Below, one piece after another: positions 47,478 to 57,159 of a stretch of DNA of 64,000 nt (within the stretch, counting starts at the first letter, position 1; every line of letters starts with the position of its first letter). Position numbers and translations under genes: made by a program. This stretch comes from an uncultured Christensenella sp. GTDB lineage: Bacteria > Bacillota > Clostridia > Christensenellales > UBA1242. The notes beneath the pieces were generated by a model. That model saw only the letters and a program-made list of their open reading frames with translations. It searched no databases and was not told the DNA's origin. Location of the stretch: assembly GCA_964434145.1 (NCBI GenBank), contig CAYSUG010000002.1, positions 1,063-65,062 on the forward strand, given 5' to 3'.

Positions 47478-48818
47478 CTACTCCAGAAGGTCGCCATTAT
47501 CTGTCTCTATGATCCTCATTATCTTCAATTCTTCTCCAGTCGAAGAGTCCAAGTAGACATAGTAGGTATAGCCCGACCACTGACACACATACTCGTACGC
47601 ATTACTTTCTCCAACATACTCGTTTGGCACTACACAGTAATTTCGCTCCACCACCTCTAGACTATCACTGAGATAGTTTTGCACAGCAGACATAGATAGC
47701 GCCGCCTCGTACTCATCCCTCTCATAATGGTTGTATATATAATTAGTCGCCTCCCAGCCTACCAATTCTCCACCATTGAGATCTATCTTCACCTTCACCA
47801 GATCACTGTAATATATAACCCCGTCCTCTGTATACGCCAGATTAATATACACAATACTACCTATCACTTGATGCCATACGTCAGTCATCTCTTCGTAGCC
47901 AAAATCGTAGGCTATTTTCTTGGATAGAGCGATCGCCTCGTCTATTGTGACCTCCTCTCCAGAGTAGTCTCCATACGCAGTGGCTGACAACAACTTTCCA
48001 CCATTTTGCAATACTTGCAAGAAGACTTTGTTATCACCAACTAAATGATAATTATACGTATCCAATTTACCATTGGTTTCTCCGACATACTGCACCTCAT
48101 AGTCTACCCAATAATCAGTAAGCTCCGACACCTTGGCATAGGCCTCTTCTTGACTAATCTTATCCTCCAACACTTTTGGTTCCTTATTCATCACACTCTC
48201 AGAGAACGGCCCGTCATAGATTAGAGTAGGAACACTGCCGTACGCACCGTCACCAGAAACCAATCCCGCAGTAAATGACGAGCCAGATTCCGAATTGGTC
48301 GCATCAGACAAAATAACAGCCTCAGATAATACATCAGTATATCCTTTGTTGATGTCATACTTGATTACAGACACACTCTCATGCAATCCCTCAATAGCCG
48401 TCAATACATCACCCTCTACCACCGTCTCATTCTGTAGCAAGCTATACACATATCCAGCAACCTTATTAATTAGCTTGTTAACATTGCTTAGCGAACTAGA
48501 ACTAAGCGGCATACTAGAGATATTTTCCTCTGCCAATACGCAGCTAGCATATATGCTTTGCATGATATTTTTTTGAGACGTGTAGGTGGTGGTTGCCACC
48601 AATTTACTTAGATCCACCTCTATATCGTCAATGTTATCTTTTAGACTCATATAACTCTTCTGATAACTATTCTCTAACGCATTCTGATACGTCACCTTAC
48701 TCGCCCACATTACACCTAGAAATACGAGTGCAGCAACAGCAACTACAGTCATCACAATGAACGCTATTAATATTTTTTTACTAGACTTCTTTTCCATATT
48801 TCTCCATGATTTTGTCAA
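47478..48818 (-). CDS. ypeB: Germination protein YpeB
   Basis: 446 aa with an N-terminal TM anchor and PepSY-like C-terminal repeats. It lies immediately downstream of sleB, as in the conserved sleB-ypeB operon. Confidence 0.8.
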   Translation of the reverse strand: MTKSWRNMEKKSSKKILIAFIVMTVVAVAALVFLGVMWASKVTYQNALENSYQKSYMSLKDNIDDIEVDLSKLVATTTYTSQKNIMQSIYASCVLAEENISSMPLSSSSLSNVNKLINKVAGYVYSLLQNETVVEGDVLTAIEGLHESVSVIKYDINKGYTDVLSEAVILSDATNSESGSSFTAGLVSGDGAYGSVPTLIYDGPFSESVMNKEPKVLEDKISQEEAYAKVSELTDYWVDYEVQYVGETNGKLDTYNYHLVGDNKVFLQVLQNGGKLLSATAYGDYSGEEVTIDEAIALSKKIAYDFGYEEMTDVWHQVIGSIVYINLAYTEDGVIYYSDLVKVKIDLNGGELVGWEATNYIYNHYERDEYEAALSMSAVQNYLSDSLEVVERNYCVVPNEYVGESNAYEYVCQWSGYTYYVYLDSSTGEELKIMRIIETDNGDLLE

Positions 48819-48858
48819 TTTCTATATACATTTTGACAATTGCTCTATATCGCTTATC

Positions 48859-49536
48859 TTAAATCGCAAATACATGATTACCAATCTCCACCACAATAGT
48901 TCTGTCAAATATCCAACTACTAGTAGCAACTGCTGGATTATAATAATATAGACATCCATACGTCGGATCCCAGCCATTCATAGCATCTTGTGCAGCCTGA
49001 TAAGCAGTACCATCTGGCTCTAGATTCATCTGCCCGTCACTAACTGCAGTAAATGCCCAAGGCTGATACACAACACCATATATTGTGTTAGGAAAATCCG
49101 GACTAGCCACTCTATTAAGAATGACTGCACCTACAGCAACCTGCCCCTCGTATATCTCACCTCTAGCCTCGGCATATATGCACTTTGCCAGTATATATAG
49201 GTCATTGCTCTGCTGACTTCCCAGATGTATACCCAGAGCCGACGCCGTAGCTCCGTCCACCTCTCCCGTTACAGCCAACCCATAATCGTATTGAAAGTCC
49301 GACACTGCAGCCCTAGTAATCTCACCATAATATCCAGTAACCTCTTCATCAAAATATCCCAGTTCTTTTAGACTCTGCTGTATCTGTATAGTCTCTGACT
49401 CTGTGTATGCCATAACAGACGCAATCCTAACATCCATATCCACAAACATATACATTATAGCCATTAAGAATATTATTGCCACAACCATCGCCACAATCAT
49501 CATAATATTGTCTAGCACCCAAAATTTTTTTCGCAT
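48859..49536 (-). CDS. sleB: Spore cortex-lytic enzyme SleB
   Basis: N-terminal TM/signal, a PG-binding repeat (IQQSLKELGYFDEEVTGYYGEITRAAVSDFQ), and a Hydrolase_2 core: AEARGEIYEGQVAVGAVILNRV…YQPWAFTAVSDGQ…YYYNP. Confidence 0.9.
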   Translation of the reverse strand: MRKKFWVLDNIMMIVAMVVAIIFLMAIMYMFVDMDVRIASVMAYTESETIQIQQSLKELGYFDEEVTGYYGEITRAAVSDFQYDYGLAVTGEVDGATASALGIHLGSQQSNDLYILAKCIYAEARGEIYEGQVAVGAVILNRVASPDFPNTIYGVVYQPWAFTAVSDGQMNLEPDGTAYQAAQDAMNGWDPTYGCLYYYNPAVATSSWIFDRTIVVEIGNHVFAI

Positions 49537-49555
49537 CTTCCACCTTTTTTTCTAT

Positions 49556-50068
49556 CTAAAAATATTTGTCAATTATTTCCTTAAATTTCGACTTGTATAC
49601 AATATTTTTTGTGTCCTTAAAACATAAAGGTGGATACACCACACACCACCAGTTATCTCCTTCTCCACTGCCCAGATTTATTATTATCGCATCATAGAAA
49701 TTTGCCTCTAGCGTACACCCCTCGTATGCCCTTGTAGGAAAATATTCCTCTCTGATTTCTACGCTACTTCTATAATCAAATCCATTCTCATTCAGCACAG
49801 CATCCGCAATGTCCTCTATCGCTCCTTTGTTGCATCTAATTACCCCCACAACATTTTCAAACGACTCACATCCAGCTATCATCGGTGTCAAATACGCCAC
49901 AACATCTTCCTTCACCTTATACTTTACATTCTGATCCTCCACACTATTGGAATTAGCTCTAATATGTATCCTCAATATATCCTCTACATTACTTGCATTG
50001 TTGCACGCCACTAATCCCACACACGACGCCAATATTATTAGAATCAAGGCAATTATTTTTTTCATCAT
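49556..50068 (-). CDS. spoIIR: Stage II sporulation protein R
   Basis: LRIHIRANSNS…GEGDNWWCVVYPPLCF is the SpoIIR signature. The start is probably the ATG at 50068 (SD GAGGTGG), not the ORF-track start at 50104. Confidence 0.85.
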   Translation of the reverse strand: MMKKIIALILIILASCVGLVACNNASNVEDILRIHIRANSNSVEDQNVKYKVKEDVVAYLTPMIAGCESFENVVGVIRCNKGAIEDIADAVLNENGFDYRSSVEIREEYFPTRAYEGCTLEANFYDAIIINLGSGEGDNWWCVVYPPLCFKDTKNIVYKSKFKEIIDKYF

Positions 50069-50205
50069 TCTTTTCCCACCTCTCATTCTTATTTCTTGAC
50101 CCAATTAACCCACTGTATACCCCTACACCAGTCAACCTATCACCTATTCGACATTTCTTTACAAAAAAAAGAAGCTCTGTATTATACATCAGAACCTCTC
50201 ACACC

Positions 50206-51015
50206 TTATTTCATCTTCTTCAACAACTTTATTATCTCAGCCTCTAACTTACCACCTGCACTATAATCTGCACATACAGACACATCCACTCTGTCATCTT
50301 TTACAATTTTTTTTGCCACATCTACACTATTATGGCTACACTTGTCATACACACAGACCCCGTATCCGCCTTGAGACCTTATCATCCTCATACACGGCAC
50401 ATCAGTCTCACCGTCACCAATATATATCATCCTAGAATATGGAATATATGCCTTACTCTTCTTAATCTTACTGTTGACAGCATTGCTGTCATACAACACA
50501 TCCACCAATCCTTTTTCTATTCTTGCAATATATTGTGTCTTCTGTGTATAATTAACAACATATGCTGGCCATACAGCCTCGCCATTATCATCATACATAT
50601 AATGACTGGCAAATATTTTCTTAAACTTATCCGCAATAGCACACGCTTCTATCATCTCTCTGTAACCAGAACTAACAACATAATGCTCTATCTCTAGCCC
50701 CAACTCTCTGCCATAGGCATTGATTCTATCGAACCAATCTATCACCCCTGGGTAGAATACATCTATCTTTCTACCATGTTCGTTCAAGAACTCCCTCGTT
50801 AATTTCTTCTTTTTATCTTTAGCAAATTGAATAGTGGTATAAAGGAATGCAAGTATCTGATCCACATCCTTCTCTTCCATCAACTTATTAGCCCTATTCC
50901 AATATTCTGTTATTCCAACCCCTAACGATTGTACCAACGACCCATTTTGCATATCCCCACTAATTAAGGTATTGTCAAAATCATATATCATTGCCACTTT
51001 CTTCAATTTCTTCAT
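50206..51015 (-). CDS. HAD-superfamily hydrolase (HAD-IB-like)
   Basis: Motif I is YDFDNTL (DxDxT). Motif IV is IYIGDGETDVPCM. Confidence 0.7.
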   Translation of the reverse strand: MKKLKKVAMIYDFDNTLISGDMQNGSLVQSLGVGITEYWNRANKLMEEKDVDQILAFLYTTIQFAKDKKKKLTREFLNEHGRKIDVFYPGVIDWFDRINAYGRELGLEIEHYVVSSGYREMIEACAIADKFKKIFASHYMYDDNGEAVWPAYVVNYTQKTQYIARIEKGLVDVLYDSNAVNSKIKKSKAYIPYSRMIYIGDGETDVPCMRMIRSQGGYGVCVYDKCSHNSVDVAKKIVKDDRVDVSVCADYSAGGKLEAEIIKLLKKMK

Positions 51016-51148
51016 CTGTTACACCTCTTGATACTTATTGTAACACATCTTCTACCCTTATTCCAAAGATATCTTCCACTTGCTCAAATTAATCAAATTT
51101 AATATTTTGAATATTTATTCATAATATTGAATTCTTGTTTTTATTTTG

Positions 51149-51177
51149 TTGATATACACTCGCATATATGCTACAAT
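51149..51177 (+). promoter_or_regulatory. Promoter of the XRE / RSH-like operon
   Basis: TTGATA - 17 nt - TACAAT, about 68 nt upstream of the ATG at 51245 (SD AAGGAGAAG). Confidence 0.5.
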
Positions 51178-51244
51178 ATTGCCATAGAAATACACTCTAA
51201 CTATAACACTTGACACAAAAAACACACTAAGGAGAAGACACACT

Positions 51245-52234
51245 ATGAATAACACCGACAAGATTCAAACATTCCACAACAATCTTAAATATCTTATGAC
51301 GAAATATGGCTACACCCAGAAACAGCTCAGCACCCTGACAGGCACTAGCTGTGCCAGCATCAATAATTATATTAACAAGAATGCAGAACCCAGCCTATCG
51401 TTTATGCTGAAACTAAAGGAAATATTCGGCATATCACTAGATGCAATGCTGGAATCAGATATATCAGAAAATAGTGATATCAAGCCAAAATTGGACACAA
51501 AATTGGATAGATTCATCGGCAGCTACTTGATGTATTTCTACAATTCTGGTGAATACAAAGGCAAGGTTAGTAACTTCTCTAAGAACACCCTGAAGTACGC
51601 CGTTATATCCGTCATCAAAGACGAGGGCGGCAATATCTCCACCCTTGCCACATTCATCAAGAATAGAGACGACGCAGAAGAATTAAAACAAAGACTAGAC
51701 GAAGCCTCATCCGCCAAGCAAAAAAAAGCAATACACGCTAGTCTTGAAGGAATGTACAAGGGCACAATAGATGCTAGTGACAAGCAGATATTTATTTACT
51801 TAAAAAGCGAGTCTCTAAATGACCAGAGCTTAATTATCCTTAATAACCCTCCTAGCAACAAAGAATATCTAGGTGGCCTTGGCACTGCCAATTCTGTTAG
51901 CCGCGGTAGAGAACATATGCCTTGCGTTCAATTCGCAATACTATCCAAGAAGATATTAAAAGTGTCTGACGGCGAGATATACAATCTTCTAGCCTTAGGC
52001 GTCAGCGATATCAACGTGGAGACAGAGGCAGAGCAACTAATCAACCTATTTAAGAATCTGTATATCAACAATGAGACATTAAAAGACGATTTGACATCAA
52101 TCCAGAAGAAGAAAATAGTAGAGAATAGCCTTAACGCAATTGTGTCTGATCTAATAGACGCCAATATGTTCAGATTTGCCAAAGTCTCCAATATGGAAGA
52201 TGACGATTATTATAGAATATTAAAAGACGAGTAG
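51245..52234 (+). CDS. XRE-family HTH regulator with an uncharacterised ~250-aa C-terminal domain
   Basis: The N-terminus LKYLMTKYGYTQKQLSTLTGTSCASINNYINKNAEPSLSFMLKLKEIFGISLDAML is a Cro/C1-type HTH. The remainder has no motif I recognise. Confidence 0.7.
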   Translation: MNNTDKIQTFHNNLKYLMTKYGYTQKQLSTLTGTSCASINNYINKNAEPSLSFMLKLKEIFGISLDAMLESDISENSDIKPKLDTKLDRFIGSYLMYFYNSGEYKGKVSNFSKNTLKYAVISVIKDEGGNISTLATFIKNRDDAEELKQRLDEASSAKQKKAIHASLEGMYKGTIDASDKQIFIYLKSESLNDQSLIILNNPPSNKEYLGGLGTANSVSRGREHMPCVQFAILSKKILKVSDGEIYNLLALGVSDINVETEAEQLINLFKNLYINNETLKDDLTSIQKKKIVENSLNAIVSDLIDANMFRFAKVSNMEDDDYYRILKDE

Positions 52235-52240
52235 AAGACT

Positions 52241-53683
52241 ATGATAGAGAATTACGAAGAAATATATGAGAATATCTTGTCTGACCTGAAGCGTAAGCAG
52301 GTCGTAGACATCGGATTATTCATCAAGTCATACAATGTTGCAAAAGAGTTGCACAAAGAACAATTGCGAAAGAGTGGCGAGCCATACATTGTCCACCCCA
52401 TCCAGGTCACTGAGATTCTTAATAGGCTAGACTTCGACATCAATGTGCTATGTGCTGCTATGTTGCACGACACAGTAGAGGACTGTGGATACACCATAGA
52501 GCAGATGTCAGAAGAGTTCAACCCCACTATCGCGAAGATTGTAGACGCAGTCACCGCTATAGAATTGGATTTGGACAAATATAGCGAAGAAGATTTCCCA
52601 AAATACTTAGCCGAGGCACAAACTTATCACAAACTAATCAGCATTGGCAAAGAGAACCTATATGCTTTCTATATCAAATTCGCCGACAGACTAAATAACT
52701 TAAGAACACTAGAATGTTTTCCTAGATACAAACAACTAGCCAAGATCACAGAGACCGAGCAGTGGATTCTACCGATGATCCATATCTTGAAATCATGGTG
52801 GTTCCATAGACAGATTGCCAACCAATGCTTCCTAGTTCGTAAGAAACCAGAGCTAGAAAATTTTTCAAAAATATATAATAAATTTTTCACATATAATGCA
52901 AAGAATTTTGAAGAACTACAGACCAATTTCACCAACGCTCTGACCAGATATCTGAAGAAGACAAAGCAATCCAACGACCTGCACAAAATATCTATCAAGC
53001 CATGTACAGAACTGGAGACATACAACATAATCTCAGAGACCATGTACACAAAATCTGTGACCGAAGTAAAACAAAGTTACCTTAACAAGTTCGCAATCAC
53101 TAAGCTATATATTACTATCAATAACAGTATCAGCCAAAAAGAATTGAACGACTTTATTTTTAAATTCTTAACCGCAGAATTTAGCGACCTATCTGTCACA
53201 ATTACAGGCTATGGCATAGAGCCATTTACTAATAAAAATTACATAGTCATATCCGACAAATACAGGAACAAATATCAATTATTTATATTTAATCTAAAAG
53301 ATTATCTGGCATATCGTAACGGCACTGTAGACGGAATAGACCTTAACTTCATAGACGAGAACGCCGAGGCTATATCCACCAAATATATAACCGTCAGAAC
53401 TAGATCAGATGAGAAGATTGTAATGCCAGAAGGCTCGACCATTCTAGACTTTGCATTCAAGATACACAAGGACTTCGGATTCAGTGTCAAGTACGCATTT
53501 ATCAATAATAGCCCAACCAAATCCCCAATATATACTAGATTAACAGACGGCGACAAAATCAATCTAGTATTGGAAAAAGACAAAGACGGTCATTGCAAGA
53601 ATATATCGCAGATTCGTTGGATAATGTACGCAAAGACAGAGAGTGCTCAGCGTAAATTAGTTAGATATTTTGAATCCATATAA
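52241..53683 (+). CDS. RelA/SpoT-homologue: HD (p)ppGpp-hydrolase domain + degenerate synthetase-like region + TGS domain
   Basis: HD motifs present: YIVHPIQVTEIL, MLHDTVEDCGYT, IKFADRLNNLRTL. TGS-like segment: ITVRTRSDEKIVMPEGSTILDFAFKIH. No RxKxxxSxxxK or EVQIRT synthetase motifs are visible. The start is 6 nt after the XRE gene. Confidence 0.7.
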   Translation: MIENYEEIYENILSDLKRKQVVDIGLFIKSYNVAKELHKEQLRKSGEPYIVHPIQVTEILNRLDFDINVLCAAMLHDTVEDCGYTIEQMSEEFNPTIAKIVDAVTAIELDLDKYSEEDFPKYLAEAQTYHKLISIGKENLYAFYIKFADRLNNLRTLECFPRYKQLAKITETEQWILPMIHILKSWWFHRQIANQCFLVRKKPELENFSKIYNKFFTYNAKNFEELQTNFTNALTRYLKKTKQSNDLHKISIKPCTELETYNIISETMYTKSVTEVKQSYLNKFAITKLYITINNSISQKELNDFIFKFLTAEFSDLSVTITGYGIEPFTNKNYIVISDKYRNKYQLFIFNLKDYLAYRNGTVDGIDLNFIDENAEAISTKYITVRTRSDEKIVMPEGSTILDFAFKIHKDFGFSVKYAFINNSPTKSPIYTRLTDGDKINLVLEKDKDGHCKNISQIRWIMYAKTESAQRKLVRYFESI

Positions 53684-53737
53684 TTTGACAACAAATGTAT
53701 ACATATTGTCATAAAGTTACATGTAGCTGTCACATTG

Positions 53738-54511
53738 CTACATTACGATATTTATAACAAAACCTAACAATATTCCAGACAATATACAGTAGAATGTTGC
53801 ATTTCCTTTGTTCAAATCTATAGCATTGGGTATCATATCACATACAGTTACTTGAAGCATAGCACCTCCTGCAAAGGCAAGAAAGAACGATGTCATAGTG
53901 AGAGATATGCCACCAAGCAACACCCCAATTATCCCGCCCACTATTGTCATACTGCCAGCAATTGTGCTCAGCAAAACTGCTACGAATTTGTTGGTTCTCC
54001 CTGCCACCAATGGCAGCGATATTGCCATACCCTCTGGGATATTATGTATCATTATTACTATAGCCATCGTCAGTGCAAGACTACCCGCCACAGTATCGGA
54101 CGCACCTATCGCCAACCCCTCTGGAATATCGTGCAAAGATATTGCTAGTAGTAGGAATAGTCCTGCACTTTTTAATTTCTTCCTATTGGCACTAGTTAGG
54201 TCGTTCTTATTACTTATTAACGTCCTTGTCTTGTTAATCCTTGCCTCAATTTTTGCCACAACATAACCTAGCATTATCATGACAACAATGCCCCATATCA
54301 TGCCTAGTAGTGACACCATAGGACTGGGCGACATTGCCATTGATTCTGGCATTAGGTCAAAAAAAACTACTGCCAGCATTATCCCACTAGCAATGCCAAG
54401 GACTGCACTAATAAATTTTCTGCCTCTAACCCCTACAAGGACACCCAATAATCCACCTAGGCCAGTACCTACCACACCAGATACAGCAGTTAATAATATA
54501 GTATTATTCAT
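53738..54511 (-). CDS. zupT: ZIP-family zinc/metal transporter (ZupT-like)
   Basis: 257 aa, polytopic, with the duplicated signatures LHDIPEGLAIG and IHNIPEGMAI. Confidence 0.8.
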   Translation of the reverse strand: MNNTILLTAVSGVVGTGLGGLLGVLVGVRGRKFISAVLGIASGIMLAVVFFDLMPESMAMSPSPMVSLLGMIWGIVVMIMLGYVVAKIEARINKTRTLISNKNDLTSANRKKLKSAGLFLLLAISLHDIPEGLAIGASDTVAGSLALTMAIVIMIHNIPEGMAISLPLVAGRTNKFVAVLLSTIAGSMTIVGGIIGVLLGGISLTMTSFFLAFAGGAMLQVTVCDMIPNAIDLNKGNATFYCILSGILLGFVINIVM

Positions 54512-54638
54512 ATAATATTCTACTGCATAATGAACCAGAAATATTACTGCAAATAATATATTTTGCTAATTAAATCATTTCCTAAAAGCAAATATATCTG
54601 ATATACTTAAACAATAATTATAACAAAAGGAATATCAT

Positions 54639-55223
54639 ATGTCAGCAAAAGAAGAATTTATTTCGATTTACAAGAACTATATCACCAGAACAGGCAGCGA
54701 TGCATTACTGAAGTATCTAGAGTCATCAGACTTCTTCACAGCTCCCGCTAGTAGCAAATTCCATTCCAACTTCGAAGGCGGACTATGCGAACATAGCCTG
54801 AAAACATATTATAGATTTCTGAAGAATCTAGAGTTAGAGTACGGCAGCAAATGGCAAGACGTTATATCTATGGAGAGCGCGGCTATCATCAGCCTACTGC
54901 ACGATGTGTGCAAGATTGATTTCTACAAATTAGATTATCGCAATGTCAAGATTGACGGCAACTGGACACAGAAACCATATTATTCTGTAGAAGACAGCCT
55001 ACCATATGGTCATGGCGAGAAGTCTGTGTATATCGTTAGTGGATTCATGAAATTGACCAGAGAAGAAGCAATGGCAATCAATTGGCACATGGGTGCAATG
55101 GATAATAGAATTAAAGGCGGCAGTTATTCCCTTAGCCCAGCATTCTACACATTTCCTACAAGCTTCATTTTCCATATATCAGATATGCAAGCCACATATT
55201 TGGATGAAAAAGTAGAAGAATAA
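54639..55223 (+). CDS. HD-domain phosphohydrolase (YhaM-type HD fold)
   Basis: Motifs FHSNFEGGLCEHSL…, LLHDVCK…, YGHGEKS… and FHISD. Confidence 0.55.
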   Translation: MSAKEEFISIYKNYITRTGSDALLKYLESSDFFTAPASSKFHSNFEGGLCEHSLKTYYRFLKNLELEYGSKWQDVISMESAAIISLLHDVCKIDFYKLDYRNVKIDGNWTQKPYYSVEDSLPYGHGEKSVYIVSGFMKLTREEAMAINWHMGAMDNRIKGGSYSLSPAFYTFPTSFIFHISDMQATYLDEKVEE

Positions 55224-55241
55224 TATAAAAGGAAGAAAAAA

Positions 55242-56279
55242 ATGGAACTATACATCTCTATCCCACTATTTCTAATCTCTCTATTTCTAGTGATCAAAGG
55301 CGGAGACATATTCGTAGACGCCTCTACCAAGATAGCAACAAAAACCAAGATACCTAACATCATTATTGGCGCTACAATTGTATCTATCGCCACCACCCTG
55401 CCAGAACTAATCGTTAGCACGATAGCCAGCACACAAGGTTCATTTGACTTAGCGATCGGTAACGCAATTGGTAGCATTATATGTAACACTTCTCTTATAT
55501 GTGCCATATCTCTTACATTTGCACCTATTATAATTCATAATAAGACTTCTCCGCTAAAAAACTATCTGCTATTAGCAGGCATCATCCTTACTGGTGTATT
55601 CAGTATAGGAATAGAGAATGGCCAGATTGCAGGCTCTGTCAATATATTCGAAGCAATATTGCTATTAATTCTATTCGTTGTATTCATGGCTACCAATATC
55701 CATGACGCCAAAGCAGAACTAAAGGAATTAAAAACATTGAACGCCAATAACTCTGCACAAGCTAATGCAGCGACAAACGATAACACACCTACAGTAACCG
55801 ATAAAATGGGTAAATTGTTGTTACTATTCTTGCTAGGCGCTGGCATGGTCGCTGCAGGAGCAATAGGACTAGTCGAGAGCGCTAAAGCTATTGCTACATC
55901 TATGCATATCAGCGAGGCAGTTATTGGTTTAACCATTGTCGCAATAGGTACCAGCCTACCAGAACTGGTTACTACTATCACCTCTCTTAGAAAGAAGAAT
56001 AACTCACTTGGCTATGGCAATATCATTGGTGCCAATATCCTTAATATCACCCTAATCATGGGTACGTCTGCGTGCATCTCTGGCACTAGCGGACTACCTA
56101 TTAATTTCTGGACATTAGTAGTTAGTATACCAGTTGCATTAGTTTCTAACCTAATATTCCTAATTCCAATGACCTTAAAACAACGAACGTATAGATGGCA
56201 AGGCGTCACACTGCTGCTATTATATGCCACTTATCTAACATTCCTTATTATTATGACTCTTAATGGAATATCTATATAG
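55242..56279 (+). CDS. Ca2+/cation antiporter (CaCA family, YrbG-like)
   Basis: Two alpha-repeats (GATIVSIATTLPELIVS and GLTIVAIGTSLPELVTT), about 10 TM segments, and GNIIGANILNI. Confidence 0.85.
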   Translation: MELYISIPLFLISLFLVIKGGDIFVDASTKIATKTKIPNIIIGATIVSIATTLPELIVSTIASTQGSFDLAIGNAIGSIICNTSLICAISLTFAPIIIHNKTSPLKNYLLLAGIILTGVFSIGIENGQIAGSVNIFEAILLLILFVVFMATNIHDAKAELKELKTLNANNSAQANAATNDNTPTVTDKMGKLLLLFLLGAGMVAAGAIGLVESAKAIATSMHISEAVIGLTIVAIGTSLPELVTTITSLRKKNNSLGYGNIIGANILNITLIMGTSACISGTSGLPINFWTLVVSIPVALVSNLIFLIPMTLKQRTYRWQGVTLLLLYATYLTFLIIMTLNGISI

Positions 56280-56405
56280 CCACACTATTTTGACAGCAAT
56301 ACTTGACATATTGGCCATATTCTGTTACTATATGCGTAAGTTTTGTAGGCTTATTAACAATAAAACTACTAACCAACAATGATTACACCAAAAAAGGAAA
56401 TACAA

Positions 56406-56990
56406 ATGCGTAAATTTCTAAAAATTTACTTCAAGTTCAATATATTTCTCAATCTAATCCTAATGCTATATTCAGCTATCGCATTCATAGCAGCAGGGCT
56501 GGGGATTGATTTCTTAATGCATTTCGTGATACAGATCCAATCATTTGCCACGTTTGAGCTAGTAGAGTGGATATCCCACCCTATCTATATTGCCGCAGCG
56601 GCGTTCTTTGGATTCTTTATCAATCAATATTTTTATCATGTATCAATAACCCTATCCAATTTCGACAAATTTCGCGAGATTACTGGACTATATGTTGTAC
56701 CAATCTTCGCACTAGGACAATTGCTTGCTAATATGTTCACTCTGGGCATTATTGCTGCTGCACCATTCGTGTTCAATGTTGTAGCAACAATACTGCTTAT
56801 CTTAGTACAAAGGGCTAATAACAAGTTGTACGCCCAGAACATGGAAGTGCCTAGTGTAGCAATTTTCGACCCTGCAATGCAAGAAATGAGCTTGAAGATT
56901 GGACAACTTAGGATATTGAAGTCTGAGGGTAAAATTAGCGAAGAAGAATTTATGTTACATCTTAACAATATATTAGAGAACAAAGAATAA
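56406..56990 (+). CDS. Membrane protein with C-terminal SHOCT domain
   Basis: Four TM helices followed by LKSEGKISEEEFMLHLNNIL (SHOCT-like). Start taken at the ATG at 56406. Confidence 0.55.
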   Translation: MRKFLKIYFKFNIFLNLILMLYSAIAFIAAGLGIDFLMHFVIQIQSFATFELVEWISHPIYIAAAAFFGFFINQYFYHVSITLSNFDKFREITGLYVVPIFALGQLLANMFTLGIIAAAPFVFNVVATILLILVQRANNKLYAQNMEVPSVAIFDPAMQEMSLKIGQLRILKSEGKISEEEFMLHLNNILENKE

Positions 56991-56993
56991 ATT

Positions 56994-57017
56994 GTGGTCA
57001 TAGCGACCACTTTTTTA
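56994..57017 (+). terminator. Rho-independent terminator
   Basis: GTGGTC-ATAGC-GACCAC followed by TTTTTT, 4 nt after the stop. Confidence 0.7.
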
Positions 57018-57159
57018 TTTCTATTATTTTTACTCAATGTGATATATGTTTGGTTTTTTTTACAAGATTTGATAAAATCTAGGTATCATTTGGTAAAACA
57101 TCTTGCCCAATTACTTTTGTTGCACACTGCCACAGAATGAAAAAAAGGAAAATTAATAT

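Noticed and set aside
49989-50189. A 66-aa minus-strand ORF overlapping the 5' end of spoIIR, and the extended spoIIR start at 50104.
   Set aside because: The SD GAGGTGG is correctly spaced for the ATG at 50068, which begins a typical signal peptide (MMKKIIALILIILASC). The upstream extensions lack an SD and encode non-conserved basic residues.
54512-54638. A Zur-type operator upstream of the ZIP transporter. A direct repeat AATATT(C)(T)ACTGCA(A/T)AAT was noticed at 54514-54531 and 54540-54557.
   Set aside because: It does not resemble the Firmicute Zur box (TCGTAAT-N-ATTACGA palindrome). The repeat is AT-rich, short and direct rather than inverted. The evidence for a regulatory call is insufficient.
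55145-56230. Minus-strand ORFs (55145..55507, 55562..55981, 56012..56230) inside the CaCA antiporter gene.
   Set aside because: They lie antisense to a gene with two clear CaCA alpha-repeat signatures. These are hydrophobic shadow frames with no translation signals.
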